Program-made: the position numbers and the translations under genes
From: Chamaesiphon sp.
Lineage (GTDB): Bacteria > Cyanobacteriota > Cyanobacteriia > Cyanobacteriales > Chamaesiphonaceae
Direction of reading: 5' to 3'
DNA: 64,000 bases
Assembly: GCA_965246715.1 (NCBI GenBank)
Contig: CBDFFH010000051.1
Location: forward strand, 96,001 to 160,000
Shown here: positions 10,253 to 19,379 of the stretch, piece after piece
Position numbering within the stretch: the stretch's first letter is position 1
How the letters are laid out: each line of letters begins with the position of its first letter
The notes under the pieces: generated by a model
Databases searched by the model: none
Seen by the model: the letters and a program-made list of their open reading frames with translations, nothing else
Told to the model about the DNA's origin: nothing

Positions 10253-11905
10253 ATGCCTACAATCGACGCTGGATTTGAACATTCGATCGAGATCGAAGCA
10301 AGCGCACTTGCCGCACTGAGGGAGCGTGGCTCTACGGATCCGATTATCGCTGCGATCGATGTGGGGACGAACTCGATTCACATGGTTGTGGTGCGGATCG
10401 TGGCAAAGTTGCCAGCTTTTAGTATCATCGCCCGCGAGAAGGAAACAGTGCGATTAGGAGATCGGGATCCGCAGACCGGAAATCTCACCCCAGAGGCGAT
10501 CTCCCGCGCATTTGGCGCGCTCAAACGGTGCCAGGAGATTGCCAAAAGTCTCAACACCCAACAGATTTTAGCCGTAGCGACGAGTGCGGTGCGTGAAGCG
10601 CCAAATGGCTATGATTTCATCCGCTCGATCGAAGCAGAATTAGGTTTGGCAGTTAATTTAATTTCTGGACAAGAGGAAGCGCGCCGGATCTATTTGGGCG
10701 TATTATCAGGAGTCGAGTTTAATGACAAACCCCATATCATCATCGATATCGGTGGCGGTTCGACGGAATTAATCCTGGGAGACAGTCACGAACCACGTAC
10801 CCTCAGCAGTACCAAAATCGGTGCGGTGCGACTTACCGCCGAGTTTATTACTAACAATCCTGTCAGCGATCGAGCGTTTATTTATCTTCAAGCCTTCGTG
10901 CGCGGACAATTAGAGCGGGCGATCGAAGATATCAAAGCCAATCTCCAATCGGGCGAACTGCCAAAAATGGTGGGGACTTCTGGGACGATCGAAACACTCG
11001 CTACCATTCTCAACCTGGATAAAAACGGTCATGCTCCCGATCGGATTCATGGCTCGCAAATCCACCTGCCCGAACTCCGCAATCTCATCAATCGCTTGCG
11101 CCGGATGACAATTGCCGAGCGTACCGCGATCGAAGGCATCTCCGAGCGCCGTGCCGAAATTATCGTTGCTGGGGCTGTCGTCCTACAAGAAGCAATGGCC
11201 ATGCTGGGGATGCAATCGCTGTCAGTTTGCGAACGGAGCCTGCGGGAGGGCACGATCGTCGATTGGATGCTGACGCAGGGGCTGATTGAGGATCGCCTCA
11301 AATATCAGGGTTCGATTCGCGAACGCAGTACGCTCAAAATTGCTGGTAAATATGGTGTTGATTTACCGCACAGTCAGCGAGTCGCCGATCTCGCGCTGAG
11401 TCTATTCGATCGCACCTTGGGCATCTTGCATCATTGGGATCGATCGATTCGCCAATTACTCTGGAGTGCGGCGATTCTGCACAATAGCGGTCACTTTGTC
11501 AGTCATGATGCCCATCACAAACATTCTTATTATCTGATTCGCTATGGCGAGCTGCTGGGTTATACCGAATCAGAGATCGATATTATTGCCAATGTCGCTC
11601 GCTACCATCGCAAAAGTCCGCCGAAAAAGAAGCATCAGAATTTACAAAATCTCTCGAAAGAGCAACGCTCGATCGTCTCCCAACTTAGTGCGATTTTACG
11701 CATCGCGGTAGCACTCGATCGGCGCAGAATTGGGGCGGTTAAAGATCTCAGCATCGATTGCAATCTGACTACCCGTGAGTGTCAGCTAACATTTTTCCCT
11801 ACCGATCCAAATGATGAGTGCGAGTTGGAGTGCTGGAGTTTGGATTTCAAAAAGCCCGTATTTGAGGCTGAGTTCGGTCTCAAGTTATCAACAACTAGAG
11901 GTTAG
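10253..11905 (+). CDS. ppx: Ppx/GppA exopolyphosphatase
   Basis: IDVGTNSIH, ATSAVREA, IDIGGGSTE, SLREG, HD-like C-terminal domain. Confidence 0.95.
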   Translation: MPTIDAGFEHSIEIEASALAALRERGSTDPIIAAIDVGTNSIHMVVVRIVAKLPAFSIIAREKETVRLGDRDPQTGNLTPEAISRAFGALKRCQEIAKSLNTQQILAVATSAVREAPNGYDFIRSIEAELGLAVNLISGQEEARRIYLGVLSGVEFNDKPHIIIDIGGGSTELILGDSHEPRTLSSTKIGAVRLTAEFITNNPVSDRAFIYLQAFVRGQLERAIEDIKANLQSGELPKMVGTSGTIETLATILNLDKNGHAPDRIHGSQIHLPELRNLINRLRRMTIAERTAIEGISERRAEIIVAGAVVLQEAMAMLGMQSLSVCERSLREGTIVDWMLTQGLIEDRLKYQGSIRERSTLKIAGKYGVDLPHSQRVADLALSLFDRTLGILHHWDRSIRQLLWSAAILHNSGHFVSHDAHHKHSYYLIRYGELLGYTESEIDIIANVARYHRKSPPKKKHQNLQNLSKEQRSIVSQLSAILRIAVALDRRRIGAVKDLSIDCNLTTRECQLTFFPTDPNDECELECWSLDFKKPVFEAEFGLKLSTTRG

Positions 11906-11998
11906 AGCACCAGGCCAAATTTTTACGTTGCATTTCTCAATGCTAATGTGAATGCTACACTCAGAAATTATATAGAAATCCTTTAGAACCTATAGTTT

Positions 11999-12040
11999 GG
12001 TGACATAAGTTACAGTTATATCCGTCCGCTATGCCATAAT
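11999..12040 (+). promoter_or_regulatory. Putative CRP/NtcA-family class II promoter
   Basis: GGTGA-N6-TTACA (also reads GTG-N8-TAC) at 11999-12014, then CATAAT -10 at 12035-12040. Confidence 0.4.
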
Positions 12041-12100
12041 CAGGATAAGAACACACATTAGGCAAGTAACAACGTGTAAATAACCACAGGGAGGACGAGC

Positions 12101-12256
12101 ATGATTGAAAAGATCGCATTAGCACTCGTTATCACATTCGCATTATACTGGAGCGTCCAGAATAGACCACAACAACGATCGGTTGGAATTGCCAGCGATC
12201 GTCAGGTACAGACAGTCGCATTAGTTGAGAGTTTGAGATTAGACAGTGTTTTATAG
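12101..12256 (+). CDS. Small 51-aa membrane or secreted protein (below the ORF-track cutoff)
   Basis: GGAGG RBS 6 nt before ATG; MIEKIALALVITFALYWSVQNRPQQRSVGIASDRQVQTVALVESLRLDSVL*. Confidence 0.65.
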   Translation: MIEKIALALVITFALYWSVQNRPQQRSVGIASDRQVQTVALVESLRLDSVL

Positions 12257-12407
12257 GATCGAGACAAGTCGATCGATGAGAATGGATTCAACTCTGGGTA
12301 ATATTATTCTGATGTTTGAGATCCCTTCTCCAATTTAGCTAAGGTTGTTCGCAGCGATCGTGGATACGATTCTGGTACAGTAAAAACAGCTACTAGATCT
12401 TTATGCC

Positions 12408-13139
12408 ATGTCACATCTTCGTTCTTATTTCGTTCGCGTAGCGTCCGCTGTGCGGAGAGAGTTTATACTAACTCTAGCCATTATTACGATTACATTTCAG
12501 CTATCGATCGCGCCCGCGCAAGCTACCGCGCTTTACGAGATCCCGACTGTTTCCGCAGGTGTACCCACTTGGATTGTCGATAAAGCTGATATTTTGAGTT
12601 TATCGACCAAAGGCAAAGTTAAAGGTACTCTCGAACAACTTGCCAAGCAAACTGGGAAAGAAGTCCGATTTGTCACGATTCATCGGCTCGACTATGGCGA
12701 AACCATTCAGACGTTGACAGATAAACTGTTTAAGAAATGGTTCCCAGATTCAGAACAACAAGCAAATCAGGCATTAATCGTACTGGATAACGTCACGAAC
12801 ACCATTGGTATTCAAGCTGGCGAGGCGGTTAAATCTACCCTCTCAGACGCGATCTCCACGAGTATTACTACCGAAACAATGCAAGTCCCCTTGCGTGATG
12901 GGAACAAGTACAATCAATCTGTCAGCGATGCTGCCGATCGATTAGTTGCGGTACTATCAGGACAAGCAGATCCTGGGCCGCCAGTCATTAAAGCCGCACC
13001 CGAAGTGGGTAGAACTTATTTAAAGGCAGAAGAAACCGAAGCCAATCGCAGTAATTTTCTAATTATTGTAATTGGACTATTAATCGCTGCGACCGTGATT
13101 CCGATGGCAACTTGGTGGTGGTATCAAACTCAAGATTAG
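12408..13139 (+). CDS. psb32: Photosystem II repair protein Psb32 (TPM domain)
   Basis: VRFVTIHRLDYGET, PLRDGNKYNQ, LSGQADPGPP, C-terminal TM ATVIPMATWWWY. Confidence 0.9.
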   Translation: MSHLRSYFVRVASAVRREFILTLAIITITFQLSIAPAQATALYEIPTVSAGVPTWIVDKADILSLSTKGKVKGTLEQLAKQTGKEVRFVTIHRLDYGETIQTLTDKLFKKWFPDSEQQANQALIVLDNVTNTIGIQAGEAVKSTLSDAISTSITTETMQVPLRDGNKYNQSVSDAADRLVAVLSGQADPGPPVIKAAPEVGRTYLKAEETEANRSNFLIIVIGLLIAATVIPMATWWWYQTQD

Positions 13140-13219
13140 ATCTCAATCTTTGCAGCCTACCGCTGACTCTCATCAACTGGGAACTTAGGGGTAGGTTTGC
13201 CATACGGCACTTCCGGTTG

Positions 13220-13777
13220 TTACGAGGTACAATAGCAGCAATTAGTAAACCAATTTCTGAGATGTTGAGGATCGATTAACCCAATTGCAAGTGAAATTAT
13301 TCTATCCACCATAATTGTCGTAGTAGGTGAAAACATTCGTAAAAAAGACTTGAGCTGTGACCACCATAACTCAATTGGGTTAAAATCAGGTGAGTATGGG
13401 GAGAGGAAAATAACAGAAGCACCGACAGCTTCAATCATTGGGATAATGGAATCGAATTTGTGTGAGGATAAATTATCCATTACGACAACGGCACCTGGCC
13501 ATAGCTCCGGCACTAGAAAATCCTTAACAAATAATTCAAAAGCTCTACTATCCATTGAATTATCCATTGTCATCAATGCTACAACTTTTTCAATGCTAAT
13601 TGCGCCGATAGCGGTAACTTTTGCACCTCGATAGAATGGGGTAAAAGTATATGCTCTTGTTCCCCGCTGTGACCGAGCATGAGTTCTGGCTAAACCAAGC
13701 AGAATACCAGTTTCATCTAAAAACACTAAGTTTTTCACGTCGATATTTTTAACCGATTCCCAATAATCTACTCTCAA
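13220..13777 (-). CDS. IS630 transposase OrfB (DDE domain)
   Basis: VFLDETG, VMDNLSSHK, PYSPDFNPIE catalytic motifs. Confidence 0.93.
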   Translation of the reverse strand: MRVDYWESVKNIDVKNLVFLDETGILLGLARTHARSQRGTRAYTFTPFYRGAKVTAIGAISIEKVVALMTMDNSMDSRAFELFVKDFLVPELWPGAVVVMDNLSSHKFDSIIPMIEAVGASVIFLSPYSPDFNPIELWWSQLKSFLRMFSPTTTIMVDRIISLAIGLIDPQHLRNWFTNCCYCTS

Positions 13778-13779
13778 AT

Positions 13780-14166
13780 TTAGGACTCTTTCTGTTGTAG
13801 CTTGGGTGCTCCTTTCCGTTTTTTTTTACGACTTAAGCCTAATTTTCGTAATGCGTCACTCATGGCACTTCGACCAACCCAATTGCCAGTTTTATCAGCG
13901 AAAAATTCACACAGTTCAGCCAAAGTTGCATCGGGATGTTCGGCAACTAATTCTCTTAACTCTACTTCAGCATTTGTCAGGTAACTTAATCGTGGTTTAC
14001 CTGGCTTTTTAGGCTGTAAGTTTCCTTCAAGCTTATGTTGTCTGACTAGCTTTTGGACAAAGCTTTTGCTAACAGTAAATATGCTAGCAACCGCTCTAAT
14101 TGAGTGATGGCGATCGAGATGTGCCGCAACTATTTTTTCTCGAAGATCGACTGAAAATGCTTTCAT
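13780..14166 (-). CDS. IS630 transposase OrfA (HTH), joined to OrfB by a probable frameshift at an A9 run
   Basis: MKAFSVDLREKI...HPDATLAELC...LGLSRKKK; T9 at 13819-13827 on the + strand. Confidence 0.9.
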   Translation of the reverse strand: MKAFSVDLREKIVAAHLDRHHSIRAVASIFTVSKSFVQKLVRQHKLEGNLQPKKPGKPRLSYLTNAEVELRELVAEHPDATLAELCEFFADKTGNWVGRSAMSDALRKLGLSRKKKRKGAPKLQQKES

Positions 14167-14224
14167 TATTGAATGTATCTTTACTATCTTTTGGCGTACC
14201 TCATGACTAACGGAAGTGCTGTAT

Positions 14225-14341
14225 CTAATCTCGAACGTATTCGCGATCGGAGAGCAAAGCAATCTCCGCACGCACTAATTCTTGCCCCCAATAAGCAGCA
14301 CGATCGAACATGCCGACCAGACAAGGTGGATTGTGCTCGAA
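14225..14341 (-). pseudogene. Diverged tandem copy of the last 39 codons of the DUF4346 gene
   Basis: 105/117 nt identical to 14351-14467 by manual alignment; no start codon or RBS at its 5' end. Confidence 0.9.
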
Positions 14342-14350
14342 GTAGTACCT

Positions 14351-14734
14351 TTAATCTTGAACGTATTCTGCACCGGAGAGCAAAGCAATCTCCGCACGCA
14401 CTAATTCTCGCCCCAAATAAGCAGCATGATCGAACATGCTGACCAGACAAGGTTGAGTGTGCTCGAATAATTTCACACATACTTCCTTAGCAGTTCTCCC
14501 TGTAAATAGAGTCGTGCCAGTCCGAGTAACTTTGCCTTTTGCGGGGATAACTTTGCCAGTTTCGGGATCGACTGCCAAACCACGATCGTTGATGATATTA
14601 GTGTAATGTTTGGCGCAGATTAAACCAGCTTCGCGATCGATATAAATAATAAAGTAGCCATCGGGATCGAGATCGATATGTCGATTCGATAGTTCGCGAT
14701 CGAGCGCGGTTAAATTATCGGTTAATAAAGTCAT
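14351..14734 (-). CDS. DUF4346 domain protein
   Basis: LDPDGYFIIY...GRTAKE...DHAAYLGRELVRAE...YVQD. Confidence 0.9.
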   Translation of the reverse strand: MTLLTDNLTALDRELSNRHIDLDPDGYFIIYIDREAGLICAKHYTNIINDRGLAVDPETGKVIPAKGKVTRTGTTLFTGRTAKEVCVKLFEHTQPCLVSMFDHAAYLGRELVRAEIALLSGAEYVQD

Positions 14735-14859
14735 AACTTGTTAATGAAATAGCTATATCAGATCTAGATTAACCGATTTATTCCCGATCTGGCTTGTTTT
14801 CAGCGAATTATCGATTTTTTTTGGCATAAATACCGCATTCGATCTAAGATTTTAGACCT

Positions 14860-16014
14860 ATGTTAATCGAGTCTTTACCTAGATCGAATAATGTTGTGGT
14901 GAATCCAACTGCCAAACAGACAGTGAATCTTACCAAAATCAGAACTACCCTAGGCTGTATCGACCGACCGTATTGGTTTCTAACAGGCAGTATCTTACTG
15001 GTGTCGACACCAACAGCAATTGCAATTATTTTGGCTCGGACGCAATTTACGGATGCTGCTACCGATCCAAGAATAACCCAAACCTGTGCGATGAGTGGTA
15101 TTCATGACTTCGTAGAAGATCTACGAGATCGATTGTATGAATATTCGCGAGCCGCTCCACAGAGCACGATCGAGCATCATCCATCTACTTGGCGACGGAC
15201 TATTGATTTCACCCAACCGATTTTACCTACTCACAAAACATTAAATAAAGTTCCGTTTGTATTTGTTAGTGGCGGTAGACTAACGACAATTCACGCCCCA
15301 AAACCCGAACAAGTAGCAAACATAATCGAGCGGAATAATATTGTTGCCGGGATCGATGGCGCTTTCTTTATGATGCATGATTCTGATTCAAATCAGTTAG
15401 TCGGCCCCTCATTGAGTCAAACCGATCGGGAATTTCATCCCGGTACCGCTTACGAAGTAATCAAGAGTGCGGGTCGTCCCTTGGTATTAATGAGTGCAGA
15501 TACGGTTAAGTTTATGCCGTTCGACCCCAAATTACACAATACACTAGAAGGTGTTCGGAGCGAGCTACCAAATGTAACTGAGACATTTATCGCCGCAGGT
15601 TGGCTGGTGCAAAAAGGTAAGCCCCAAACTTTAGAGAGCTTTGGTAATCTTTATAAAGCTAATGAAGCGCGGTATCGAGCTTTTTGGGGATTCGACAGTC
15701 AGGGTAAACCAGTCTTGGGAATTTCAACTAGGAATATCGGTGCGGTAGAGCTAGGTGAGGTATTAGCCCGAGAGGGTTGGCAAGAGGCGGTAATGGTAGA
15801 TTCCGGACAGAGTACTTCGCTAGCTTATCAAGGAAAATCGCTCGTGCCGGGATATTTGCCCCGTCCGGTACCTCACGTTGTCGGTTTATTGCCACCAGCT
15901 CCGAAGTTAACGGGTGTGAATGATTGTCTCCCATTTAACTCAAAATCAGCCGATCTTAAAACTTCGAGTTCGGTAACTCAAGTATCCACACGGAATGTTG
16001 CACGAATGAAGTAA
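14860..16014 (+). CDS. Membrane-anchored phosphodiester glycosidase (NAGPA-like) domain protein
   Basis: TM near N-terminus; AGIDGAFF, GRPLVL, RAFWG, VMVDSGQSTSL, PRPVPHVV. Confidence 0.75.
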   Translation: MLIESLPRSNNVVVNPTAKQTVNLTKIRTTLGCIDRPYWFLTGSILLVSTPTAIAIILARTQFTDAATDPRITQTCAMSGIHDFVEDLRDRLYEYSRAAPQSTIEHHPSTWRRTIDFTQPILPTHKTLNKVPFVFVSGGRLTTIHAPKPEQVANIIERNNIVAGIDGAFFMMHDSDSNQLVGPSLSQTDREFHPGTAYEVIKSAGRPLVLMSADTVKFMPFDPKLHNTLEGVRSELPNVTETFIAAGWLVQKGKPQTLESFGNLYKANEARYRAFWGFDSQGKPVLGISTRNIGAVELGEVLAREGWQEAVMVDSGQSTSLAYQGKSLVPGYLPRPVPHVVGLLPPAPKLTGVNDCLPFNSKSADLKTSSSVTQVSTRNVARMK

Positions 16015-16119
16015 TTTGTCCGATCGCAATCGTTGATGCAACAGCGGATGTTTGCATATCTGCTACGATCGAAGTTGGCTGTTGCAACAGTTAACTTCGA
16101 TCGCAAACTACTGCGGCTC

Positions 16120-16249
16120 CAATACTTCTTGGTTAATCTAAAAACTAGTTAGTCCGCGTAGGCAGGCTTTTGCCGCGAGCGGCAACAACCGGACTTGGCT
16201 TCACTAGCGGCGACTTCAGTCGCTAGCAGTTCTTAACCGAGAAGTATTG
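16120..16249. mobile_element. MITE family B (TIR CAATACTTCTCGGTTAA), 130 bp
   Basis: 17-bp TIRs; 10-bp target duplication ACTGCGGCTC / ACTGCAGCTC; 127/130 identical to the inverted copy at 40114-40243. Confidence 0.92.
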
Positions 16250-16320
16250 ACTGCAGCTCTAATTAACTTCCTGTTGATATCGATCGATTTGGTAAAACTA
16301 TCGATTAATTAACGAATTTC

Positions 16321-16530
16321 TTATAAATTATATTGCTGATGAGATCGAGCGTTAGCAATAGCTTTACCCTGGACGTACACGTTCATCAGCCACAAACAAG
16401 CCGCCTTATTTAGGTCGGTCTTTGATTCGATCTGATGAGATAGTAAATGTGTATGCCAGTGATTTAATTTATCTGGATTCTTATCGATATAGATCCAGGC
16501 AGCAACAACATAATCTGGTTTTTGAGACAT
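16321..16530 (-). CDS. Small hypothetical protein
   Basis: ATG-initiated 69-aa ORF in otherwise free intergenic space; no recognisable motif. Confidence 0.4.
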   Translation of the reverse strand: MSQKPDYVVAAWIYIDKNPDKLNHWHTHLLSHQIESKTDLNKAACLWLMNVYVQGKAIANARSHQQYNL

Positions 16531-16789
16531 CGATTTTATAAAGCGAACAGAGTGAGTTATTTTTTGACGATTGACTATCGTAGTATAAATTATTTTTTCA
16601 AAAAACTAGACTGTGGATGTATTCAAACGATCGCTTTCTCGAAAAATAATAGCATAAGTAACCTCTGGTTAGGGGTCGAGTCGGTACAAGTGCTGGCTTT
16701 ATTTGCATCGCTGGTAAAACCTCCGTGTTTGCTTGGGTAACGGCGCTGCTGGAGCAGCGCCGATCGAGAATCGATGTGTGGATTACTGC

Positions 16790-18679
16790 TTACCTGCGAG
16801 CGCGAGTTTTACGCCGAACTGGCCGATCTCCATCCTGAGTTTTAGTCTTGTCCTTGTCCTTATCCGTTGGTAGCGGTTTGCCACCATTAAAGTAAGCTTC
16901 CATGACCTTGAGTACCATTGGCGCGGCAGTTTTACCACCACCACCACCAGTATGTTCGCCGAAAGCGACCACGACAATTTCCGGTTTTTCCGCTGGTGCA
17001 TAGGAACCAAACCAAACATGGGAAGGGCCAGGCGGTGCTTCGGCAGTACCACTTTTTCCAGCCGCATGAGGGATTGTCGGCGAATTCATCACCGCACCAG
17101 TACCGCCATCGACGACTTCACGCAAACCTTTGCGAATCGTCGCGATCGTGCTGGGTTTGAGATGCATCGATTGGCGTACTTCCCGTTTGGGATCTCGAAT
17201 CAGATGCGGTTGGACGCGATAGCCACCATTGGCGGGGACGGCAAACATCCCAATTACTTGAATCGGCGTAATTTGGAGAAAGCCTTGACCGATCGACATA
17301 TTAATCGTGTCCCCGATCGACCACGGGATCTTATAATTCAGTCGCTTCCACGCATCGTCAGCAACCAGTCCTTTGGCCTCTTCTGGCAGTTCGATCCCGG
17401 TCTTTGTGCCAAAGCCATATTTGCGCGTCCACTCGATCAATGTCGGCCCGCCGACGCGCTGCCCTACCTGATAGAAGAAAGTATCGCTACTCATTTTGAG
17501 GGCACCTGGAAAGCCTAGCGGCCCAAATCCAGCGTGATTCCAGTCAGCAAAGGTAAAACCGCCGATCGTAATCGAAGGATAGGTTTGCAGAATCGTATCC
17601 GGCTTAAACTTACCCGATTCTAAGGCAGCGGTAGTCGTGATAATTTTGAAGGTACTAGCAGGTGGAAACGGGCGCAGCGCGCGATTGACAAAGGGGTGAT
17701 CCTGACCCTGGAGTTGCTTCCAAGTCGCTGGGGAAATCCTACCCGAGAGCGAATTTGGGTCAAAAGCGGGGCGACTTGCCATCGCCAAAATCTCCCCATT
17801 TCTGGGATCCATCGCAATAATTGCGGCTTTGTTCTTGCCGATCGCGTCTTCAGCAACTTTTTGTAGATCGCGATCGATCGTAATCGTGACATCCTGCCCT
17901 GGCTTAGATACTTTTTGACCCAAAAACTGCTGTAATCGACCGGCACCATCGACTTCGACTTGAGTGCCGCCCCACTCGCCCCGCAATTGAGCTTCGAGAG
18001 TAGATTCCAGCCCCATTTTGCCAGTAACGTCGCCCAATCGGTAGCCGCGATCGCGCCGTTTGGCAAGTTCCTCCCCATTCATTTCGCCCGTATAACCCAG
18101 GACGTGAGCGGCAAGTTGACCGTTGGGATAATAGCGCACCGACTCGATATCGACATCGACACCTTCTTTATCGGCACCAGATTCTCGCAATGCGGTAATT
18201 TGGCCATTCGTGAGGTCGCGCGCGATCCGGACTCGATTGGTACCTGTCATGCTGACATCTGTGAATTTTGCTTGGATGGTATCCTCGTCCAAATTCAAAA
18301 TTTCGGCAATGTGGCGGCGGGTATTCGGCCAATTTTCGCGTTTGGTGGCCATCGGCCAGACAAAGATCGAGTGGGATAATTTACTGCCAGCTAAAAGCTG
18401 TCCTTTGCGATCGTAAATATTGCCACGCACGGGAGGTTTAGCGACGGTTCGCACACGATTATTTTCAGCAATCTGACGATTTTTGGCTCCCTGACTCAAT
18501 TGAAGATAAGCCAGCCGCGAGCCGATCCCACCGATTGCCACTAAGCCGACCGTTGCTAGCAACATCCAGGCGCGATTACCCTGCCCGACAGTACGAGTTT
18601 TGTTATGGAACCCACTGGTAATACCGCTGAGGTCGCCCGATCGATCGGCTGTGAATTTGTCAGAAAATGGATTCTGCAT
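16790..18679 (-). CDS. mrdA: Penicillin-binding protein 2
   Basis: RGNIYDR, PASTFK (SxxK), SSDTFF, GKSGTAE. Confidence 0.93.
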   Translation of the reverse strand: MQNPFSDKFTADRSGDLSGITSGFHNKTRTVGQGNRAWMLLATVGLVAIGGIGSRLAYLQLSQGAKNRQIAENNRVRTVAKPPVRGNIYDRKGQLLAGSKLSHSIFVWPMATKRENWPNTRRHIAEILNLDEDTIQAKFTDVSMTGTNRVRIARDLTNGQITALRESGADKEGVDVDIESVRYYPNGQLAAHVLGYTGEMNGEELAKRRDRGYRLGDVTGKMGLESTLEAQLRGEWGGTQVEVDGAGRLQQFLGQKVSKPGQDVTITIDRDLQKVAEDAIGKNKAAIIAMDPRNGEILAMASRPAFDPNSLSGRISPATWKQLQGQDHPFVNRALRPFPPASTFKIITTTAALESGKFKPDTILQTYPSITIGGFTFADWNHAGFGPLGFPGALKMSSDTFFYQVGQRVGGPTLIEWTRKYGFGTKTGIELPEEAKGLVADDAWKRLNYKIPWSIGDTINMSIGQGFLQITPIQVIGMFAVPANGGYRVQPHLIRDPKREVRQSMHLKPSTIATIRKGLREVVDGGTGAVMNSPTIPHAAGKSGTAEAPPGPSHVWFGSYAPAEKPEIVVVAFGEHTGGGGGKTAAPMVLKVMEAYFNGGKPLPTDKDKDKTKTQDGDRPVRRKTRARR

Positions 18680-18987
18680 AAGATTTGGGTGGACTTAAGG
18701 AAGTCGATTGCGGTGGCAGACGGCAAGCCGTTCGAGTTGTCCACGGCGATCGGGGTTAGGCGGATAGTTGGCATATTAGCCGATCTCGGTCATTTATTTG
18801 AGTAGTGGATACCACACCAATCGAGATTTAACTATACTAAGTTGACACTGAATCGATCGTTGTTGAAGATATTACTCGAACAGTGACTCGCTCTGTACTA
18901 TATTCGGTAGATCGTATACATTGCTTCGCAGCGCCAACACTCTAGACTGCGATCGTGTGATGGCTCATACTCTCCGATCGATAATTT

Positions 18988-19304
18988 AACCTCAGTTCGG
19001 GATAAGACTTGTCCACAGCGAAGCGGCAAGCGGTATATCCCACATTCCGCTAGTCCAAGCGATCGAAAAATAATTAAAACGAAGCCATTGGATCGTAGAG
19101 ATTGTATTCTCAATAGTCTTATCCTATTAAGAATGTGCTTTCGATCGCAACAAAGAGGCTAAATCGCTAGAAAGATTGCTAAAACAGGATTATGGGTCTT
19201 ATTGTTTTTTAGCCGAACGCGCAAGCGCACCCCCAAGGGTGGTCGAACTAGCGGAATGTGGGCTGAAAAAAGCTTTGCACGATTTTTTATCCCGAACTTA
19301 CGTT
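18988..19304. mobile_element. MITE family A, 317 bp, with an internal 16-bp inverted repeat
   Basis: AACCTCAGTTCGGGATAA...TTATCCCGAACTTACGTT; inner IR at 19039-19054 and 19247-19262. Confidence 0.75.
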
Positions 19305-19379
19305 AATTTCCCAAACAAAACCACCACTCAGATAAATCTCCAAGTGATGGTTTTCTTCGATCGAGAATAGCTACAGCAG

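Larger units (their letters stand above)
13205..14221 (-). mobile_element. IS630-family insertion sequence, apparently intact
   Basis: TA duplicated (13203-04 and 14222-23); TIRs CGGCACTTCCG / CAGCACTTCCG; two ORFs. Confidence 0.93.

Noticed and set aside
14225..14467. DGR template/variable repeat pair
   Set aside because: No reverse transcriptase in the window; only half the mismatches are at adenines, and those adenines are in the gene rather than in the putative template
16918..18805. Long antisense and alternate-frame ORFs over mrdA (similarly over ychF, chlI and others)
   Set aside because: Shadow ORFs of well-supported genes
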